From positions 440 through 64,439 of the forward strand of contig CAQRYF010000001.1 of assembly GCA_948875265.1 (NCBI GenBank): 64,000 nt of DNA. Reading direction: 5' to 3'. How positions within the stretch are numbered: position 1 is the first letter of the stretch; every line of letters begins with the position of its first letter. Position numbers and translations under genes: made by a program. Shown here in pieces: positions 1 through 11,626 of this stretch. Below the pieces are notes generated by a model that was not told where the DNA came from, did not search any database, and worked only from the letters and a program-made list of their open reading frames with translations. Source of the stretch: an uncultured Clostridia bacterium (GTDB lineage: Bacteria > Bacillota > Clostridia > TANB77 > CAG-508).

Positions 1-495
1 AAAAAATTGTGAACTTCCTGAGTTATATGATTCTTCTGTTAATGAAGATGAATATTGTGTATAATCATTTCTTGCCATTCCTATTACACCCTCATCAAAT
101 TTCAACTTATTATCTACATTATTTGCTATAAATTCACCTTTTATAGAATACTCTGTATCTTCTCCATCATCTTTTAAATCTTTAATTGTTGCAGACCCTT
201 GACCTGTACCTTCTTTATCTCCACCTTGAATCATAAAATCTTTCACTATTCTATGAAATGTTAAACCATCATAAAATCCACGATTTGAAAGTGTTATAAA
301 ATTCGCAACTGTTTGAGGTGCTAATTCTGGGTATAATTCTATTTTTACTGTCCCAAAATTTTCTACTTCCATTGTTGCTATTGGATTTTTAATTTCCATT
401 GTTGCTTTTTTATAATATCCATATCCAACTACTGTTATTATTACTATTACCAAAATTAAGGCAATTATCCATATTATTTTACTTGTTTTTTTCAT
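1..495 (-). CDS. cyclophilin-type peptidyl-prolyl cis-trans isomerase with N-terminal membrane anchor (C-terminus beyond window edge)
   Basis: Not in the ORF track because there is no in-window stop. Reverse translation from ATG 495-493 gives MKKTSKIIWIIALILVIVIITVVG...ELYPELAPQTVANFITLSNRGFYDGLTFHRIVKDFMIQGGD, the cyclophilin core signature. Confidence 0.8.
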   Translation of the reverse strand, partial: MKKTSKIIWIIALILVIVIITVVGYGYYKKATMEIKNPIATMEVENFGTVKIELYPELAPQTVANFITLSNRGFYDGLTFHRIVKDFMIQGGDKEGTGQGSATIKDLKDDGEDTEYSIKGEFIANNVDNKLKFDEGVIGMARNDYTQYSSSLTEESYNSGSSQFF

Positions 496-520
496 AATTT
501 CTTTCCTTTCTTTTCTCTAG

Positions 521-1600
521 TTATATTAAATTATCAAAAACGAATTGTTCTTGCATTCTTCTTAGAGATTGTTTTATTGTTCTTGCTCTTACTTCTCCTA
601 TTCCATCAACTTCATCTAAACTTTCAATATCAGCTGCAAGAATATGTTGAAATGATTTGAAAGAAGCAACTAAGTTTTCTACTATATTTGATGGCATTCT
701 AGGAACTTTATTTAATATTCTATATCCCTTTGTATAAACTCCAACCTCATCATAATTATCAAAATTTTCATAGCCTAATAGTTTTGCAATAACTGATTCT
801 TTTGATAATTCCTCATATCCAAGTTCTTCTAAACTTTGTATTACTTTTTCAGATGTTCTTTTCTTCTTTCCAGGAGCAATATAATCTTTTATTATAAGTT
901 CCTCTTCTTTTTCTAGCCCACCAATCAATTCATCTAATTGCATTTTTACTAGTCTACCATCATCACCTAATTCATATATCTGTCTTTTAATTTCTTCTAC
1001 TATTCTCATAACCATTTCAGCTCTTTGTATAGCTACAATTACATTTTGTAATGTAACTATATCATTAAATTCATATTCATTTAAAATATCTAATTTGCTA
1101 TCAAATACTTTTTTATATTTTTCTAAAGTTTGTATAGCTTGATTTGCTTTGTTTAATACTGCCTCTGTATCTTCTAATATGTATCTATCATTACCTTTAA
1201 ATACAGTTATTATACTTCTTCTTTGTGAAATACTAATAACTAGCTCGCCTGTTTGCTTTGCTGTCCTTTCAGCAGTTCTATGTCTAGTTCCTGTTTCTGA
1301 TGTTGATATTTCATATGAAGGAATTAGTTGAGCATTAGCATATAGTATCTTTTTCAAATCTCCACTCAAAACTATTGCACCATCCATCTTTGCAAGCTCA
1401 TACAATTTTGATGATGTATAATCTTCATTAATTGTAAATCCTCCATCCACTATTTCCTTTAACACCTCATTATTATCAGTTATCAATAATAATGCCCCTG
1501 TTTTCGCCCTTAAAATATTTTCTAATCCATCACGTATTGGTGTCCCTGGAGCTATAAGTTTTAATATTTTTATAATGCTATCTTCCTTGCTTTTTCTCAA
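521..1600 (-). CDS. disA: DNA integrity scanning protein DisA (diadenylate cyclase)
   Basis: 359-aa ORF with DAC-domain motifs (GALLLI, DGAIVL, TGTRHRTAERTAKQTG) and a C-terminal HhH region. Lies directly downstream of radA, the usual radA-disA arrangement. Confidence 0.93.
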   Translation of the reverse strand: MRKSKEDSIIKILKLIAPGTPIRDGLENILRAKTGALLLITDNNEVLKEIVDGGFTINEDYTSSKLYELAKMDGAIVLSGDLKKILYANAQLIPSYEISTSETGTRHRTAERTAKQTGELVISISQRRSIITVFKGNDRYILEDTEAVLNKANQAIQTLEKYKKVFDSKLDILNEYEFNDIVTLQNVIVAIQRAEMVMRIVEEIKRQIYELGDDGRLVKMQLDELIGGLEKEEELIIKDYIAPGKKKRTSEKVIQSLEELGYEELSKESVIAKLLGYENFDNYDEVGVYTKGYRILNKVPRMPSNIVENLVASFKSFQHILAADIESLDEVDGIGEVRARTIKQSLRRMQEQFVFDNLI

Positions 1601-1642
1601 TATTAAAATCTCCTTTCCAATTACATTTTTTATATCAACATT

Positions 1643-3007
1643 TTATTTTAAACCAATCTTTTTCATTGCTTCATTTATATTTCTAACGCCTATTATATCT
1701 AATTTATAATTATCTTTCAATACCTTTTTGTTACTTTCTGGAATTATACAAGTTTTAAAACCTAATTTTTCCGCTTCCTTTAATCTTTTTTCTATCAAAT
1801 TAATCCTTCTAACTTCTCCTGTTAACCCAACTTCTCCTATAATAACCATATCTTTAGGTATTGAAATATTTTTAAAACTAGATGCTGTTGCTAACATTAT
1901 CCCTAAATCTATTGACGGCTCATTTATTTTTAATCCTCCAACCACATTTAAATAAACATCTTGCGAACCTAGCATTAAACCAGCTTTCTTTTCTAACACA
2001 GCAATTAATAAAGCCAAACGATTATAATCAATTCCATTTGCTGTCCTTTTTGGATACCCATAAATAGTTTGTGATGTCAATGCTTGAAGTTCAACTAAGA
2101 TTGGCCTTGTCCCCTCCATACTAGAAACAATACATGAACCTGCTGGATTATCATCTCTTTCTGATATCAATATATCTGAAGGATTTAATATCTCACACAT
2201 TCCCTCTTCTCTCATTTCAAACATTCCTATTTCATTTGTTGAACCAAATCTATTTTTTACACCACGAAGTATTCTATAAGAAAAATATCTTTCTCCTTCC
2301 AAATATAAAACAGTATCTACCATATGTTCTAAAACCCTTGGTCCTGCTATATTTCCTTCCTTAGTAACATGTCCAATTATAATTGTTGTTATTGCTCTTG
2401 ATTTGCACACTCGCATAATTTGTGAAGTAATCTCTCTTACTTGACTCACACTACCTGCCGCAGCTGATATCTCCTCTGAATACATAGTTTGAATTGAATC
2501 TATTATTACAAGTTTAGGATTTAAATCAATAATAGCTTGATTAACTACGTCAATATCAGTTTCTCCTAAAAACATAATATATTCATTCTTTATCCCTAAT
2601 CTATCTGCTCTCAATTTAATTTGTTCTGCAGACTCTTCTCCAGAAACATATAGAACATTTCCTTCACCTTTTACTTTTTCACAGATTTGTAAAATCAAAG
2701 TAGACTTACCAATACCTGGCTCTCCTCCAAGTAACACTAAAGATCCTTTTACTAAACCTCCACCTAAAACCCTATCTAGCTCTCCAAATCCCGTAGAAGT
2801 CCTTAAAGTTTCTTTTGCCTGATATGAATTTAATTTTTGTGGTAAATTTCCTTTATTGTCTTTTACCTTTAATCCACTATTTTTACTCTCAACAATCTTC
2901 TGTTCAAAGAAGCTATTCCAGCTATTGCAAGCCGGACATCTCCCCAACCATTTACTAGACTCATTACCACACTCATTACACACAAAAATTGTTTTACTTT
3001 TCGCCAT
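1643..3007 (-). CDS. radA: DNA repair protein RadA/Sms
   Basis: 454 aa. N-terminal zinc finger CNECG...CPACNSW, Walker A GEPGIGKSTL, KNRFG motif (VKNRFGSTNEIG), Lon-like C-terminal domain. Confidence 0.95.
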   Translation of the reverse strand: MAKSKTIFVCNECGNESSKWLGRCPACNSWNSFFEQKIVESKNSGLKVKDNKGNLPQKLNSYQAKETLRTSTGFGELDRVLGGGLVKGSLVLLGGEPGIGKSTLILQICEKVKGEGNVLYVSGEESAEQIKLRADRLGIKNEYIMFLGETDIDVVNQAIIDLNPKLVIIDSIQTMYSEEISAAAGSVSQVREITSQIMRVCKSRAITTIIIGHVTKEGNIAGPRVLEHMVDTVLYLEGERYFSYRILRGVKNRFGSTNEIGMFEMREEGMCEILNPSDILISERDDNPAGSCIVSSMEGTRPILVELQALTSQTIYGYPKRTANGIDYNRLALLIAVLEKKAGLMLGSQDVYLNVVGGLKINEPSIDLGIMLATASSFKNISIPKDMVIIGEVGLTGEVRRINLIEKRLKEAEKLGFKTCIIPESNKKVLKDNYKLDIIGVRNINEAMKKIGLK

Positions 3008-4063
3008 GTCCTTTTGGGGACGTTTCTCAATAGGACATTACTTCAATATAATACTTTTACACCTATTATACCAATTATAGCAAAGTCCCTTATTTTCACG
3101 TCTCCTTACTCCTTTCTATCTTTATTTTTCATAACTCTTTCTACTATTTTTCTATTTATTCCTATTACCCTTGAAATTTGTGCCATTGATGTTCCTTTTA
3201 TATTTTTCAAATTCTTTATTTTTTCATTTCTTATATCAATATCTAATCTTTTTATTTCAGTTACATTATCTATACCTAAAGTTTCCTCTATATACTGCTT
3301 AACTTGGTAGTCTGTAAGTTTTTCTATCATTTCATATTCAATAATATCTTTAATCCCTCTATTTTCATCTTCAATATTATGAAAGGCTATAAAATTTTCC
3401 AAAGCTGTTTTAAGGTTATTACTAAACATAGATAATATAAATTCTGTATCTGTTATATTACTTTTTTCTATATATTCCTTATAACTGCTCCATCTATATT
3501 CATCTGTTTTTGAAATCTTTGCTTTAAATGGATTTTGATGAATATATCTACAAACTTGTACTAAATATTTCCTATCTTCAACACTTTTACTTAAAAATCT
3601 ATTTTGAAATAAATGTCCACTTCGTTCATATTTTTTATTAAAATATAATGAATAACTTATAGCTAAACTTTGTATTATTTTCGAAAGTTGTTCATTTTTA
3701 TCATAAATAATCATGTGTATGTGATTTGACATTAAGCAATATGCATACAATTCATATTTATATTTTTCTTTAGTCTTTTGAATTTCCTTAATAAATTTAT
3801 TATAATCTTGTTCTTCTACAAATATATCTTGTTTATCGATTCCTCTTAAAATAACATGATATACTTTTGTTTTACTAATTTTTCTTATAGATCGAGGCAT
3901 ATTCTCTCCTTTTTCATTAATGTCCTATATATTCCCCTATCTATACAAGCAAAAAAAGTATAGCACACATTTAATGATTTTGCTATACTTTTATACTAAT
4001 TTACAAAAAATTTACAATACTTATCTTCTACAATGTCCCATTCAGAAACGTCCCCAAAAGGAC
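3008..4063. mobile_element. Y1-transposase (RAYT/IS200-like) unit bounded by 32-bp imperfect inverted repeats
   Basis: 3008-3039 gtccttttggggacgtttctcaataggacatt matches the reverse complement of 4032-4063 at 30 of 32 positions. The repeats bracket the transposase ORF. Confidence 0.6.
3106..3900 (-). CDS. IS200/REP-associated tyrosine (Y1, HUH) transposase-like protein
   Basis: 264 aa. HUH motif in CLMSNHIHMII and the catalytic-Tyr region CRYIHQNPFKA typical of the PF01797/COG1943 family. C-terminal HTH-like tail. Confidence 0.8.
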   Translation of the reverse strand: MPRSIRKISKTKVYHVILRGIDKQDIFVEEQDYNKFIKEIQKTKEKYKYELYAYCLMSNHIHMIIYDKNEQLSKIIQSLAISYSLYFNKKYERSGHLFQNRFLSKSVEDRKYLVQVCRYIHQNPFKAKISKTDEYRWSSYKEYIEKSNITDTEFILSMFSNNLKTALENFIAFHNIEDENRGIKDIIEYEMIEKLTDYQVKQYIEETLGIDNVTEIKRLDIDIRNEKIKNLKNIKGTSMAQISRVIGINRKIVERVMKNKDRKE

Positions 4064-4079
4064 ACGACACAAAAGGACA

Positions 4080-4418
4080 TTATTTCTTTTTACCAAATGT
4101 GATTTCTTGGAATAAGAAGTCATGTACTTTTTCCCAAGTAATTTCTTGGTGTAAAAATTCGTTTATTTCATCTTCTATTTTTTGTTGGTGTGGAGTTAAC
4201 TCTACTTTTATTTCTTTGTTCCAATCAATTTCTTGTAACCAGAATGCTTTGAATTTTGACCAAAAACCTGTTTTTGCTGGAAGATTATCACTGCTTCCAA
4301 CTTGTCTTATTGTTCCTGCATTTTGTTTAACTTCTTGATTTTCTTCTTTTTCTATATTTTCTAATTGAACTCCTCCGAAAACTCCTTCAACTTTTTTTTC
4401 TTCTTTTAATTCTGCCAT
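4080..4418 (-). CDS. hypothetical acidic protein
   Basis: ORF track 4080..4448. The internal ATG at 4418 is preceded by AAGGAGG with 8-nt spacing, so MAELKEEKK... is the likelier start. No recognisable family. Confidence 0.5.
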   Translation of the reverse strand: MAELKEEKKVEGVFGGVQLENIEKEENQEVKQNAGTIRQVGSSDNLPAKTGFWSKFKAFWLQEIDWNKEIKVELTPHQQKIEDEINEFLHQEITWEKVHDFLFQEITFGKKK

Positions 4419-4553
4419 TGTATTTTCCTCCTTCGTAATTTTGTACATTAATTATTATTATATTTATACTATATAATTATTTATTATTCAAGAGGTTTTC
4501 CACAAATTAATATTAAATGTTTATTACATAGTTGTTACATTTTTGTTACATTT

Positions 4554-5861
4554 TTACAATTCTACCACTATATGGTCTTTTTGTGTTTGTTTACATTTTG
4601 TTTTTACAATTCTATTTTCTAAATTCTTACTTGTTTTACAATATGCTAAAATATAGTTTTTAGTATGTCCTTTATATATCCCATCTTTTTCTTCTTCAAA
4701 AAGAACTTCTATTTCTTGACCAATATATTCTTTATTATATTCTTTCTCATTTTCATCTGATAATTGTATTAATTTTTGACTTCTTTCTTCTTTAACATTC
4801 CCATTAATTTGTTCTTTCATTTGAGCTGCTTTTGTTCCTTTTCTTGGAGAATATTTAAATATATGCATTTTGTAGAATTTTATTTGTTTTAGGAATTCAT
4901 ATGTTTTATTAAATTCTTCTTGAGTTTCTCCAGGAAATCCAACAATTATATCTGTTGTTAATATTACATCTTTATAGTATTTTCTTAAAATATTTACTAT
5001 ATTTATGAATTCTTTAGTAGTATATCTTCTATTCATTCTTTTTAAAGTTTCATCACATCCGCTTTGAAGTGATAAGTGGAAATGATGGCATATCTTCTCT
5101 AACTTTATTAATCTTTCCATAAAATCTTCTGTTATTAAAAGTGGTTCTATTGATCCTAATCTTATTCTTTGAATTCCTTCTATTCGGTTTATTTCTTCTA
5201 ATAAATCAATTAACCTGTAGTCTTTTTTAAAGTCTTTTCCATAAGATGCTACATGTATTCCTGTAATAACTACTTCTTTTATACCTTCTTTAGCTATTTT
5301 CTGTATTTCAGATATAACATTTTTTGGATTTCTACTTCTTACTCTGCCACGAGCATATGGAATTATGCAATATGAGCAAAATCTATCACATCCATCTTGA
5401 ACTTTTATAACAGCTCTTGTTTTTTCTGTATAGGTAACATCTCCAAAATCAACAAATTCTTTCTGATACATAACATCTTCTATTTGTATGCTTTTTTGAT
5501 TTTCTTTAATATAATTTTCTACATATTCTACAATATTATTTTTTTCATTATTTCCAAGAACTATATCTATTTCTTCTATTTTTTCTAATTCATCTTTTGC
5601 TACTTGTACATAACATCCACAAGCTACTAATATTGAATTTTTATTTAAATCTTTTACACGTCTTAACATTTGTCTTGATTTTCTATCTGACATATTTGTT
5701 ACTGTACATGTATTTACAACATATATATCTGCTTTTTCATGATGGCTGACTGCTTCATATCCACTTTCTATAAACTTTTGTGTCATTGCGTTTGTTTCAT
5801 ATTGGTTTACTTTACACCCTAATGTTATAAATGCTACTTTTCTATTTTCGTTTATTGGCAT
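4554..5861 (-). CDS. mtaB: radical-SAM methylthiotransferase, MtaB/YqeV type
   Basis: 435 aa. UPF0004 N-domain (FITLGCKVNQYE), radical SAM CxxxCxxC (CDRFCSYC) and a TRAM-like C-terminus. Confidence 0.85.
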   Translation of the reverse strand: MPINENRKVAFITLGCKVNQYETNAMTQKFIESGYEAVSHHEKADIYVVNTCTVTNMSDRKSRQMLRRVKDLNKNSILVACGCYVQVAKDELEKIEEIDIVLGNNEKNNIVEYVENYIKENQKSIQIEDVMYQKEFVDFGDVTYTEKTRAVIKVQDGCDRFCSYCIIPYARGRVRSRNPKNVISEIQKIAKEGIKEVVITGIHVASYGKDFKKDYRLIDLLEEINRIEGIQRIRLGSIEPLLITEDFMERLIKLEKICHHFHLSLQSGCDETLKRMNRRYTTKEFINIVNILRKYYKDVILTTDIIVGFPGETQEEFNKTYEFLKQIKFYKMHIFKYSPRKGTKAAQMKEQINGNVKEERSQKLIQLSDENEKEYNKEYIGQEIEVLFEEEKDGIYKGHTKNYILAYCKTSKNLENRIVKTKCKQTQKDHIVVEL

Positions 5862-5926
5862 TTTTATTTATTCCTTTCTAAAAAACTGTAAAATGCCAAA
5901 AAGGAATATCCCCTTTTGGCAATCTT

Positions 5927-6937
5927 TCATCTTCTTGCTTTTCCTTCTAATGCATCTAAATTATCTAATGCTTTTCCTGTTCCTAGAGCTACACATGATA
6001 CAGTGTCTTGTGCTATCATTACATTTATTCCGGTTTTTTCTTGCAAAAGTTTATCTAAACCATCTACTAAGCATCCTCCACCTGTCATATATATTCCTTT
6101 ATCACTAATATCTGCCGCTAATTCTGGTGGTGTTCTCTCTAATACTGAATGTACTGCATCTACTATCATCATTGCTGGTTCTATTAACGCTTCTAGCATT
6201 TCACTTGAATGAACTGTTAATGTTTTTGGAAGTCCTGTAGTTAAATCTCTTCCTCTAATATCCATCTCTGTATCTTGTATTTTTGGAAATACACATCCTA
6301 TATTTACTTTAAGATCCTCTGCTGTTCTTTCTCCTATCATAATGTTATGTTTTTTCTTAATATATTTTACTATATATTCGTCAAATCTATCTCCAGCTAC
6401 TTTTAGCGATGTACTAACAACTGAACCTCCTAATGAAATTACAGCTATGTCTGTTGTTCCTCCACCGATATCTACAACCATATTTCCACATGGTTTAGAT
6501 ATATCTATCCCAGCTCCAATTGCAGCTGCTATTGGTTCTTCAATTAAATATACTTTTCTTGCACCAGCTTGTGATGCAGCATCTATTACCGCTTTTTTCT
6601 CAACTTCTGTTACTTGTGAAGGTATACAAATCATAATTCTTGGTGCAAATAAAGATTTTCCACAAACTTTACTTATAAAATGTTTAAGCATTTTCTCAGT
6701 TACAGTATAATCTGATATTACTCCATCTCTTAAAGGTCTTGTTGCAACAATATTTCCAGGTGTTCTTCCAAGCATTCTTCTAGCTTCTTGTCCTACTGCT
6801 AAAACTTCCCCTGTATTATTATCAACAGCCACAACTGATGGTTCTCTTAACACTATACCTTTTCCTTTTACATAAGATATTACTGTCGCAGTTCCTAAAT
6901 CTATACCAATATCTTGCCCTAAACCAAATTTAAACAT
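5927..6937 (-). CDS. mreB: rod shape-determining actin-like protein MreB/Mbl
   Basis: 336 aa. DLGTATVISYV...REPSVVAV, DIGGGTTDIAV and YMTGGGCLVDGLDKLL are MreB signatures. Confidence 0.9.
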   Translation of the reverse strand: MFKFGLGQDIGIDLGTATVISYVKGKGIVLREPSVVAVDNNTGEVLAVGQEARRMLGRTPGNIVATRPLRDGVISDYTVTEKMLKHFISKVCGKSLFAPRIMICIPSQVTEVEKKAVIDAASQAGARKVYLIEEPIAAAIGAGIDISKPCGNMVVDIGGGTTDIAVISLGGSVVSTSLKVAGDRFDEYIVKYIKKKHNIMIGERTAEDLKVNIGCVFPKIQDTEMDIRGRDLTTGLPKTLTVHSSEMLEALIEPAMMIVDAVHSVLERTPPELAADISDKGIYMTGGGCLVDGLDKLLQEKTGINVMIAQDTVSCVALGTGKALDNLDALEGKARR

Positions 6938-7106
6938 TTTTAAATCTATCCTTTCTATATTGTTTGTCCATCACCCTATTTGTTTATTTCTTTTTTGTTA
7001 CAAATATATTACGATTATATTACAATATATTTATTTTATCAACCCTTTTGATTGAATTTTTTTATTTTTTATATTATAATAGTTATATTATATTGCGGAG
7101 GTAAGT

Positions 7107-7583
7107 ATGAATAATTTAAAATTCACTTCAAATAGTGCATTAGATACTATAAATTTTGCGAAAAATCTAGCATCTAAATTACAACCCAAAGATGTTATTA
7201 TATTAACTGGTGACCTTGGTTCTGGTAAAACCAAGTTTACTGAAGGAATTTTAACTTTTTTTGGTTTAGAAAACGAAATTTCTAGCCCTACTTTTACTAT
7301 TGTGAATGAATATATAAAAGAATGTCAAAATGAAAATATAAACATCTATCATTTTGATGTATATAGATTAGAAGACTCTTCTGAATTTTATGAAATCGGT
7401 GGAGAAGAATATTTCGAAAATGGTATTTGTATAATAGAATGGGGAGAAATTATCAAGGAAGCCCTTCCAAATGAATATATAGAAATAAAATTCGAAAAAA
7501 ATCAGTATAACGAAAACACAAGAACATTAAACATAACCACTCATGGAAACCGATTCGATTCCTATTTTGGGGTCGGGTCTTAA
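7107..7583 (+). CDS. tsaE: tRNA t6A37 biosynthesis ATPase TsaE
   Basis: 158 aa. P-loop GDLGSGKTKFTEG, SPTFTIVNEY and HFDVYRL motifs. First gene of a tsaE-tsaB-rimI cluster. Confidence 0.9.
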   Translation: MNNLKFTSNSALDTINFAKNLASKLQPKDVIILTGDLGSGKTKFTEGILTFFGLENEISSPTFTIVNEYIKECQNENINIYHFDVYRLEDSSEFYEIGGEEYFENGICIIEWGEIIKEALPNEYIEIKFEKNQYNENTRTLNITTHGNRFDSYFGVGS

Positions 7584-7612
7584 AATGAGAATAATAAAAA
7601 GGAGGATTTATT

Positions 7613-8320
7613 TTGAAAATATTGAGCATAGATACATCAAGTAATATATGTGGTGTTTCTATTTTAGAAGATACAAATTTAATATGTAATTTAGATAGTA
7701 ATACAGGCAGAACTCATTCTGAAAATTTAATGCCAATGATTGAAGAAATTTTCAATAAAACTTCACTTTCAATAAAAGATATTGATTTGATTGTTTGTGA
7801 TAAAGGTCCTGGTTCTTTTACAGGCATTAGAATTGGAATTGCTACTGCAAAAGCATTTAATGATAGTTTAGAAATCCCTTGCATTGGTATAAGTTCTTTA
7901 GAAGCTTTAGCATACAATATAAAGAATGATGGATTAATTTGTAGTATAATCGATTGCAAAAATGACAATTGCTATTTTGCCTTATATGAGAGAAAAAATA
8001 ATATAATTGAAAATTTAATTGAACCACAGGCAGAAAATATTAAGGCCACTTTATCAATTTTAAAAAGTTATTGTGAAGATACTTTAGGAGTAGAAAACCT
8101 TGTTTTTGTTGGTGATGGTTCAGAATTATACAAAACCACAATAATAGAAACTTTTCCTAATGCTAAATTTTCTAATAAAGATTTAAATAATCTTAATTCT
8201 TACAATTTGGGCCTTGCTGGTTTTAATCAATATAAATCTGGTATTGAATTTCAAGAAGTCTTACCTTTATATTTAAAAAAACCTCAAGCTCAAAGACAAT
8301 TAGAAGAAAAGCAAAAATAG
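7613..8320 (+). CDS. tsaB: tRNA t6A37 biosynthesis protein TsaB
   Basis: 235 aa with a TTG start. ILSIDTSSN and GPGSFTGIRIGIATAKA motifs. Confidence 0.9.
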   Translation: MKILSIDTSSNICGVSILEDTNLICNLDSNTGRTHSENLMPMIEEIFNKTSLSIKDIDLIVCDKGPGSFTGIRIGIATAKAFNDSLEIPCIGISSLEALAYNIKNDGLICSIIDCKNDNCYFALYERKNNIIENLIEPQAENIKATLSILKSYCEDTLGVENLVFVGDGSELYKTTIIETFPNAKFSNKDLNNLNSYNLGLAGFNQYKSGIEFQEVLPLYLKKPQAQRQLEEKQK

Positions 8321-8340
8321 TCTTGTGAAAGGATTATTAT

Positions 8341-8781
8341 ATGAATATAGAAATAAAAGAAATGACTATAACTGAATTAAATGATATTAAAGATATTTTG
8401 ACTTCTGACTTTGATGATTTCTGGAATTATAATATTTTAAAAGAAGAATTAAAATCCAAAAATTCGAAATATATCATTGCTATAATTAATAGAGAAATTG
8501 TTGGATTTGCTGGTATTAAGATAATCTTAGATGAATCCGATATAATGAATATAGTTACAAAAAAAAATTATAGAAATAAAGGAATTGGCAGTTTACTTTT
8601 GGAAAATTTAATTACTATATCTAATAATTTGAACCTTAACTCTATAACTCTAGAAGTAAATGAAGAAAATATGCCAGCTATTCGTCTTTATGAAAAATTT
8701 GGCTTTAGACATTTAGGTGTTAGAAAAAATTATTATAAAGATAAAAATGGAATTATAATGACAAAAACTCTAAATCATTAA
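8341..8781 (+). CDS. rimI: GNAT acetyltransferase, ribosomal-protein-alanine N-acetyltransferase type
   Basis: 146 aa. GNAT core RNKGIGSLLL...LEVNEENMPAIRLYEKFGF. Position after tsaB. Confidence 0.8.
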   Translation: MNIEIKEMTITELNDIKDILTSDFDDFWNYNILKEELKSKNSKYIIAIINREIVGFAGIKIILDESDIMNIVTKKNYRNKGIGSLLLENLITISNNLNLNSITLEVNEENMPAIRLYEKFGFRHLGVRKNYYKDKNGIIMTKTLNH

Positions 8782-8845
8782 AATCCAACATAAAAAAGAA
8801 TGAAGCTATTTATTATCATATACTTCATTCTTTTCATTATTATAT

Positions 8846-9346
8846 TTATTTTAATTCAATTTTTATTTCCTTTTCTTTCTTTAAATTTACTTTATTGTAT
8901 TTTATTCCACATTCATCAAACAACTTTCTTGAGGCTATGTTATTTTCTGAATTAGCATATTTATCTGATAAATATATTACTTGTTTAATCCCTGATTGTA
9001 TAATAATTTTAGCACATTCATTACAAGGAAATAAATCAACATATATTTTAGCATTTTCCAGGTCTTTCTTGCTTCCTCTATAATTTAATATAGCATTCAA
9101 TTCAGCATGACATACATATGGATATTTAGTATCTAAATTATCTCCATCTCTTCCCCATGGGAAGTTTTCATCACTAAACCCATTAGGAGCTCCATTATAT
9201 CCTATTGATAAAATCCTATTATCATTACTTACAATACATGCACCTACTTGAGTTGAAGGATCTTTACTTCTCATTGCTGACAATTTTGCAATTGCCATAA
9301 AATACTCGTCCCAAGCTAAATAATCTTTTCTCTTTTCATTACTCAT
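8846..9346 (-). CDS. comEB: dCMP deaminase (ComEB family)
   Basis: Zinc motifs HAELNAI and [17 protein letters not shown] track starts at 9361, but the ATG at 9346 has GGAGG 8 nt upstream. Confidence 0.85.
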   Translation of the reverse strand: MSNEKRKDYLAWDEYFMAIAKLSAMRSKDPSTQVGACIVSNDNRILSIGYNGAPNGFSDENFPWGRDGDNLDTKYPYVCHAELNAILNYRGSKKDLENAKIYVDLFPCNECAKIIIQSGIKQVIYLSDKYANSENNIASRKLFDECGIKYNKVNLKKEKEIKIELK

Positions 9347-9434
9347 ACTTAATTCCTCCAATATTTACTATTTATATATTAGATTTGTTACCACTTATAT
9401 TATTGATAATTTAAAATTCAACTTCAAATCATTA

Positions 9435-10837
<1,403 letters not shown>

Positions 10838-10939
10838 TTCAAAATAAATACTATCCTCTTTTCTTTATCCTATATATTTTAAGCAGATGATTGGTCAGTC
10901 TTCATCTGCTTTTAATGTGTAAGTTATTCAAAAATAAGT

Positions 10940-11392
10940 CTATCTATTCTTTTTAACTAAAAACATTTCGTTTCCAGCTTGAACAGCCATATAAACTTCT
11001 TGAATAGAATCATCACCTTTGGTTACTTTTACAGTGTCTCCACTGTGCATTTCAAGAATCGCCTCATGAAATTGTCTACCTGCAATTTTACGAGCAGTAG
11101 TTTCTATTGATGCTGAATATGGAATAATAACCAAAAGATATTCTTCAACATCATTTTTATGGACGTTAAAATTATGGATAAGAATATCCTTAAACCCATC
11201 TGCTTCATCTTTTATATTTTGTCCATAGGTGTACGTAAGATGTTGGACATCAACATCCAAATCAGTGGTTATTGACATTAGTTTAGCAAACTTCAAATTT
11301 ATTGTACCATCACTATGAGCATCGATACCATACTCTACTTTAAATCCATCCTCTAATGGAACTCCCCGCAATTGTACTATCTTTCCAAGCAT
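10940..11392 (-). CDS. hypothetical protein carried on the repeat-flanked cassette
   Basis: ATG 11392 has AAGGAGGA 8 nt upstream. Own promoter and a long 5' leader. No family recognised. A 120-nt sample I counted by hand is about 38% G+C, visibly richer than the surroundings. Confidence 0.55.
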   Translation of the reverse strand: MLGKIVQLRGVPLEDGFKVEYGIDAHSDGTINLKFAKLMSITTDLDVDVQHLTYTYGQNIKDEADGFKDILIHNFNVHKNDVEEYLLVIIPYSASIETTARKIAGRQFHEAILEMHSGDTVKVTKGDDSIQEVYMAVQAGNEMFLVKKNR

Positions 11393-11503
11393 AAACAAAA
11401 TCCTCCTTATAAGAATTATCTTTATAGAGTTATATATCAGTACTGACCTTTACTGATATTTAATTTATATCCAAGCTCTTTGCTTGATAAAATTAACGTT
11501 TAA

Positions 11504-11532
11504 ATTATATCATTTTTTTATGTTAATTTCAA
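11504..11532 (-). promoter_or_regulatory. sigma-A-type promoter for the cassette ORF
   Basis: Minus strand reads TTGAAA, a 17-nt spacer, then TATAAT (-35 at 11532-11527, -10 at 11509-11504). Confidence 0.5.
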
Positions 11533-11582
11533 GCTTTTATTTTTTCGGAATAAGGACGTAGATACTGTCCTCCTGTTCACTA

Positions 11583-11626
11583 AACAATGATTTTTTCCTC
11601 CGTCCCTAAAATCATCATTCAAAATA
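11583..11626. repeat. 44-bp perfect direct repeat, copy B (overlaps the trpS stop codon)
   Basis: Identical to 10803-10846. Includes the last four codons and the stop of trpS. Confidence 0.85.
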
